From NCBI GenBank assembly GCA_963719515.1, contig CAVRCJ010000003.1:672001-736000 (forward strand): a stretch of 64,000 bases of DNA, read 5' to 3'. Below the pieces are notes generated by a model. The model saw only the letters and a program-made list of their open reading frames with translations, did not search any database and was not told the DNA's origin. Each line of letters starts with the position of its first letter. The first letter of the stretch is position 1. Positions 62,098 to 64,000 of the stretch are shown piece by piece. Source of the stretch: an uncultured cyanobacterium. GTDB lineage: Bacteria > Cyanobacteriota > Cyanobacteriia > CAKZMO01. Position numbers and translations under genes: made by a program.

Positions 62098-62218
62098 GTT
62101 TTTGGGGTTCTAATACTCTTCGCTTGACAACCGCGTTTAGATTGGGCCGCTCAATACCTAAGCCCAGCGCGTGAACTAAGGGTATCCTACCGAAGAGCGC
62201 TGCCAAGCCCAACTGCAA

Positions 62219-62610
62219 GTGACATCCTCCCGACGCTGACAGCAAGCTGTACAGCGCGGGCTTCCTCAGTGACTCCCAGCTATTGCCGAGACATATCCTG
62301 AGATAGGTTTATACTCCGCCTGATGCCCCACGGCAGAGTTTTGAATTTTCATCTCCGCGAGGGAGGATACGCACTATGTGTCGCAGATACATTTGCAAAC
62401 TGAGGAACGGGTGACTTGCAGCTTTCGCCTACGGGCCCGTCACACTCTTTGCGGGGTGTATCACCTTGCTATCTCTATCATACCAACTGCTAGCCTCAGC
62501 GCTGAGCGCACTATCCGCTGTGCATCATTTTGCGGGCGCACTTCAGCTAGCGCGACTCTCATCCCGACGCACACCCTAGCGGGTAGAACGCGGGGCTTCT
62601 CGTCTAGTCG
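62219..62610 (-). mobile_element. non-autonomous IS200/IS605-type element, type I copy 2
   Basis: 62219-62504 identical to 36889-37174; same TTAG and TCAC boundaries. Confidence 0.88.
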
Positions 62611-62705
62611 CTAAACGATAGAGAAGCTGTCGCTGGGGTGAAGAGGCGAAAAGTCCGCCAGCCGGCCAACCAGCCAGCCAGCCCGCAAATTAGCAAACAG
62701 GCTTC

Positions 62706-63154
62706 GTGACATACTCCCGACGCTCATCTTTTAGATAGAGCGCGGGCTTCTTGGCTCACGCACCACAATTTAATGGATGCCGCGCAAGAAGGTTTCCTGC
62801 TTCATCTGGTCCTGTCTAGTTACGCAGCAAGCCGTGCAACCCCGATTAGATCCCATCGACAGGCGATTTGTTTAATGCCCAGGCAATGACCAACCCCAGA
62901 CAGTGACGAGTATTCAATTTCCAGCTACGTTTTCTACCGTCTGCACTGTTCACCAGCCAAGGGCTGTACGTTTGTGTCAGGATAGCAGGCCGCCGCCATG
63001 AAATAGTTTGAGCTTGGTTCAATTGTACCCTTTGCTCGCCTCGGCGCTGCCCTTAATTGCCGCCTTCGGCATCCAGTCAAGGGCGCACCTCGACTCGCTC
63101 GCTTACATCCCGACGCTGATGCTGCGCATACAGCGCGGGGCTTTCACGAACTAG
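62706..63154 (-). mobile_element. non-autonomous IS200/IS605-type element, type II
   Basis: Same AAGC/GAAG-CCCGCGCT..AGCGTCGGG hairpins, TTAG target and GTCAC end; different interior; -10 TACAAT at 63022-63027. Confidence 0.85.
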
Positions 63155-64000
63155 CTAACGCATCTGCCAATATTTCCACGCCGCATAGGCCATTGTCACC
63201 ACCCCTGTCGCGATCGCCCTCTCATCCACCTCAAACTTCGGATGATGGAGGGGATAGTTGGGACGATCGCTGAACCCGACCCCGAGGCGAAACATGCTGC
63301 CGGGAACGTGGTCTAGATACAGCGCGAAATCTTCCGCCCCCAGCGATGGCTCTGGCAGCATCAACACGCCGTCATCCCCCCAGGCCTCACGGGCCGAGGC
63401 CTCCGTAATCTGGGTTAGGAAGTAGTCATTTTGGACCGACGGCACCCCTTGGCGGTAGGTCATTTCATACGCCACGCCATAGGTCGCGCATATTCCCGCC
63501 ACAATGCTCTCGATCCACTGGGGGAGAGCGGCGCTGGTTTCAGGATGCAGCGATCGCACCGTTCCGGTCAGGCGCACTTGATCCGCAATCACGTTGGGAG
63601 CGCGACCGCCGTTAATTTGACCAAAGGTTAGGACGATGGGTCGCAGTGGATTCTGGGTGCGGCTAATCGCTTGCTGCAGTGTGGTCACGACCTGAGCCGC
63701 AATCCAAATCGCGTCTTTTGCCTCATGGGGCCGCGCTCCGTGGCCTGACTCTCCCTGAATAATTAGCTCAATATCGTCCGCTGCCGCCGTCAGTGCCCCG
63801 TAGCGAATTCCAATCACGCCAGCGGAAATCGAGGGAAAGGTATGTAGGCCAAGGATAGCGTTGACGTTGTTGAGCACATCGTCTCGAATCATCCAGGATG
63901 CGCCCTGGGCCGTTTCCTCCGCAGGCTGAAAGAGAAACCGCGTGGAGCCGGGAAGATGCTCAGTAATTTGGGAGAGGACCATCGCCACACCTAGACCCAC
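63155..64000 (-). CDS. M20 amidohydrolase, partial (5' end outside the window)
   Basis: FQPAEE, GHGARPH, GAEDF, LHHPKF. Confidence 0.93.
   Translation of the reverse strand: MGLGVAMVLSQITEHLPGSTRFLFQPAEETAQGASWMIRDDVLNNVNAILGLHTFPSISAGVIGIRYGALTAAADDIELIIQGESGHGARPHEAKDAIWIAAQVVTTLQQAISRTQNPLRPIVLTFGQINGGRAPNVIADQVRLTGTVRSLHPETSAALPQWIESIVAGICATYGVAYEMTYRQGVPSVQNDYFLTQITEASAREAWGDDGVLMLPEPSLGAEDFALYLDHVPGSMFRLGVGFSDRPNYPLHHPKFEVDERAIATGVVTMAYAAWKYWQMR

Noticed and set aside
62378..62614. 78-aa ORF inside the type I cassette
   Set aside because: The 1-bp indel relative to copy 1 changes its C-terminus; it lies antisense to the predicted RNA and has no recognisable motif.

Overview
Chromosomal window from a fairly GC-rich cyanobacterium (abundant HIP1 GCGATCGC, psb27, hli, pentapeptide proteins). 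Most of it is housekeeping and transport genes (ureAB, queD, arfB, pepA, fmt, pgk, ylqF, TrkH, ABC transporters, tRNA-Leu-CAG). Accessory DNA is interspersed: a NACHT-pentapeptide-TPR STAND NTPase, a CHAT/TPR protein, a truncated HNH module, a type IB topoisomerase and an intact tnpB-only IS200/IS605 element. The strongest signal is three protein-free IS200/IS605-type elements of 0.39-0.45 kb (36889-37281, 62219-62610, 62706-63154). They share end hairpins, a TTAG target and a positionally conserved -10 box, but carry two unrelated omegaRNA-like interiors, so they look like mobile stand-alone guide-RNA cassettes whose nuclease is not the TnpB in this window. The second signal is three dispersed paralogues of an uncharacterised ~100-140 aa protein, one with a highly structured leader and a possible antisense RNA. 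Several other MITE/REP-like repeats occur. Several single-base frameshifts in otherwise intact genes look like sequencing errors. All calls come from motif recognition by eye; no database searches were run.
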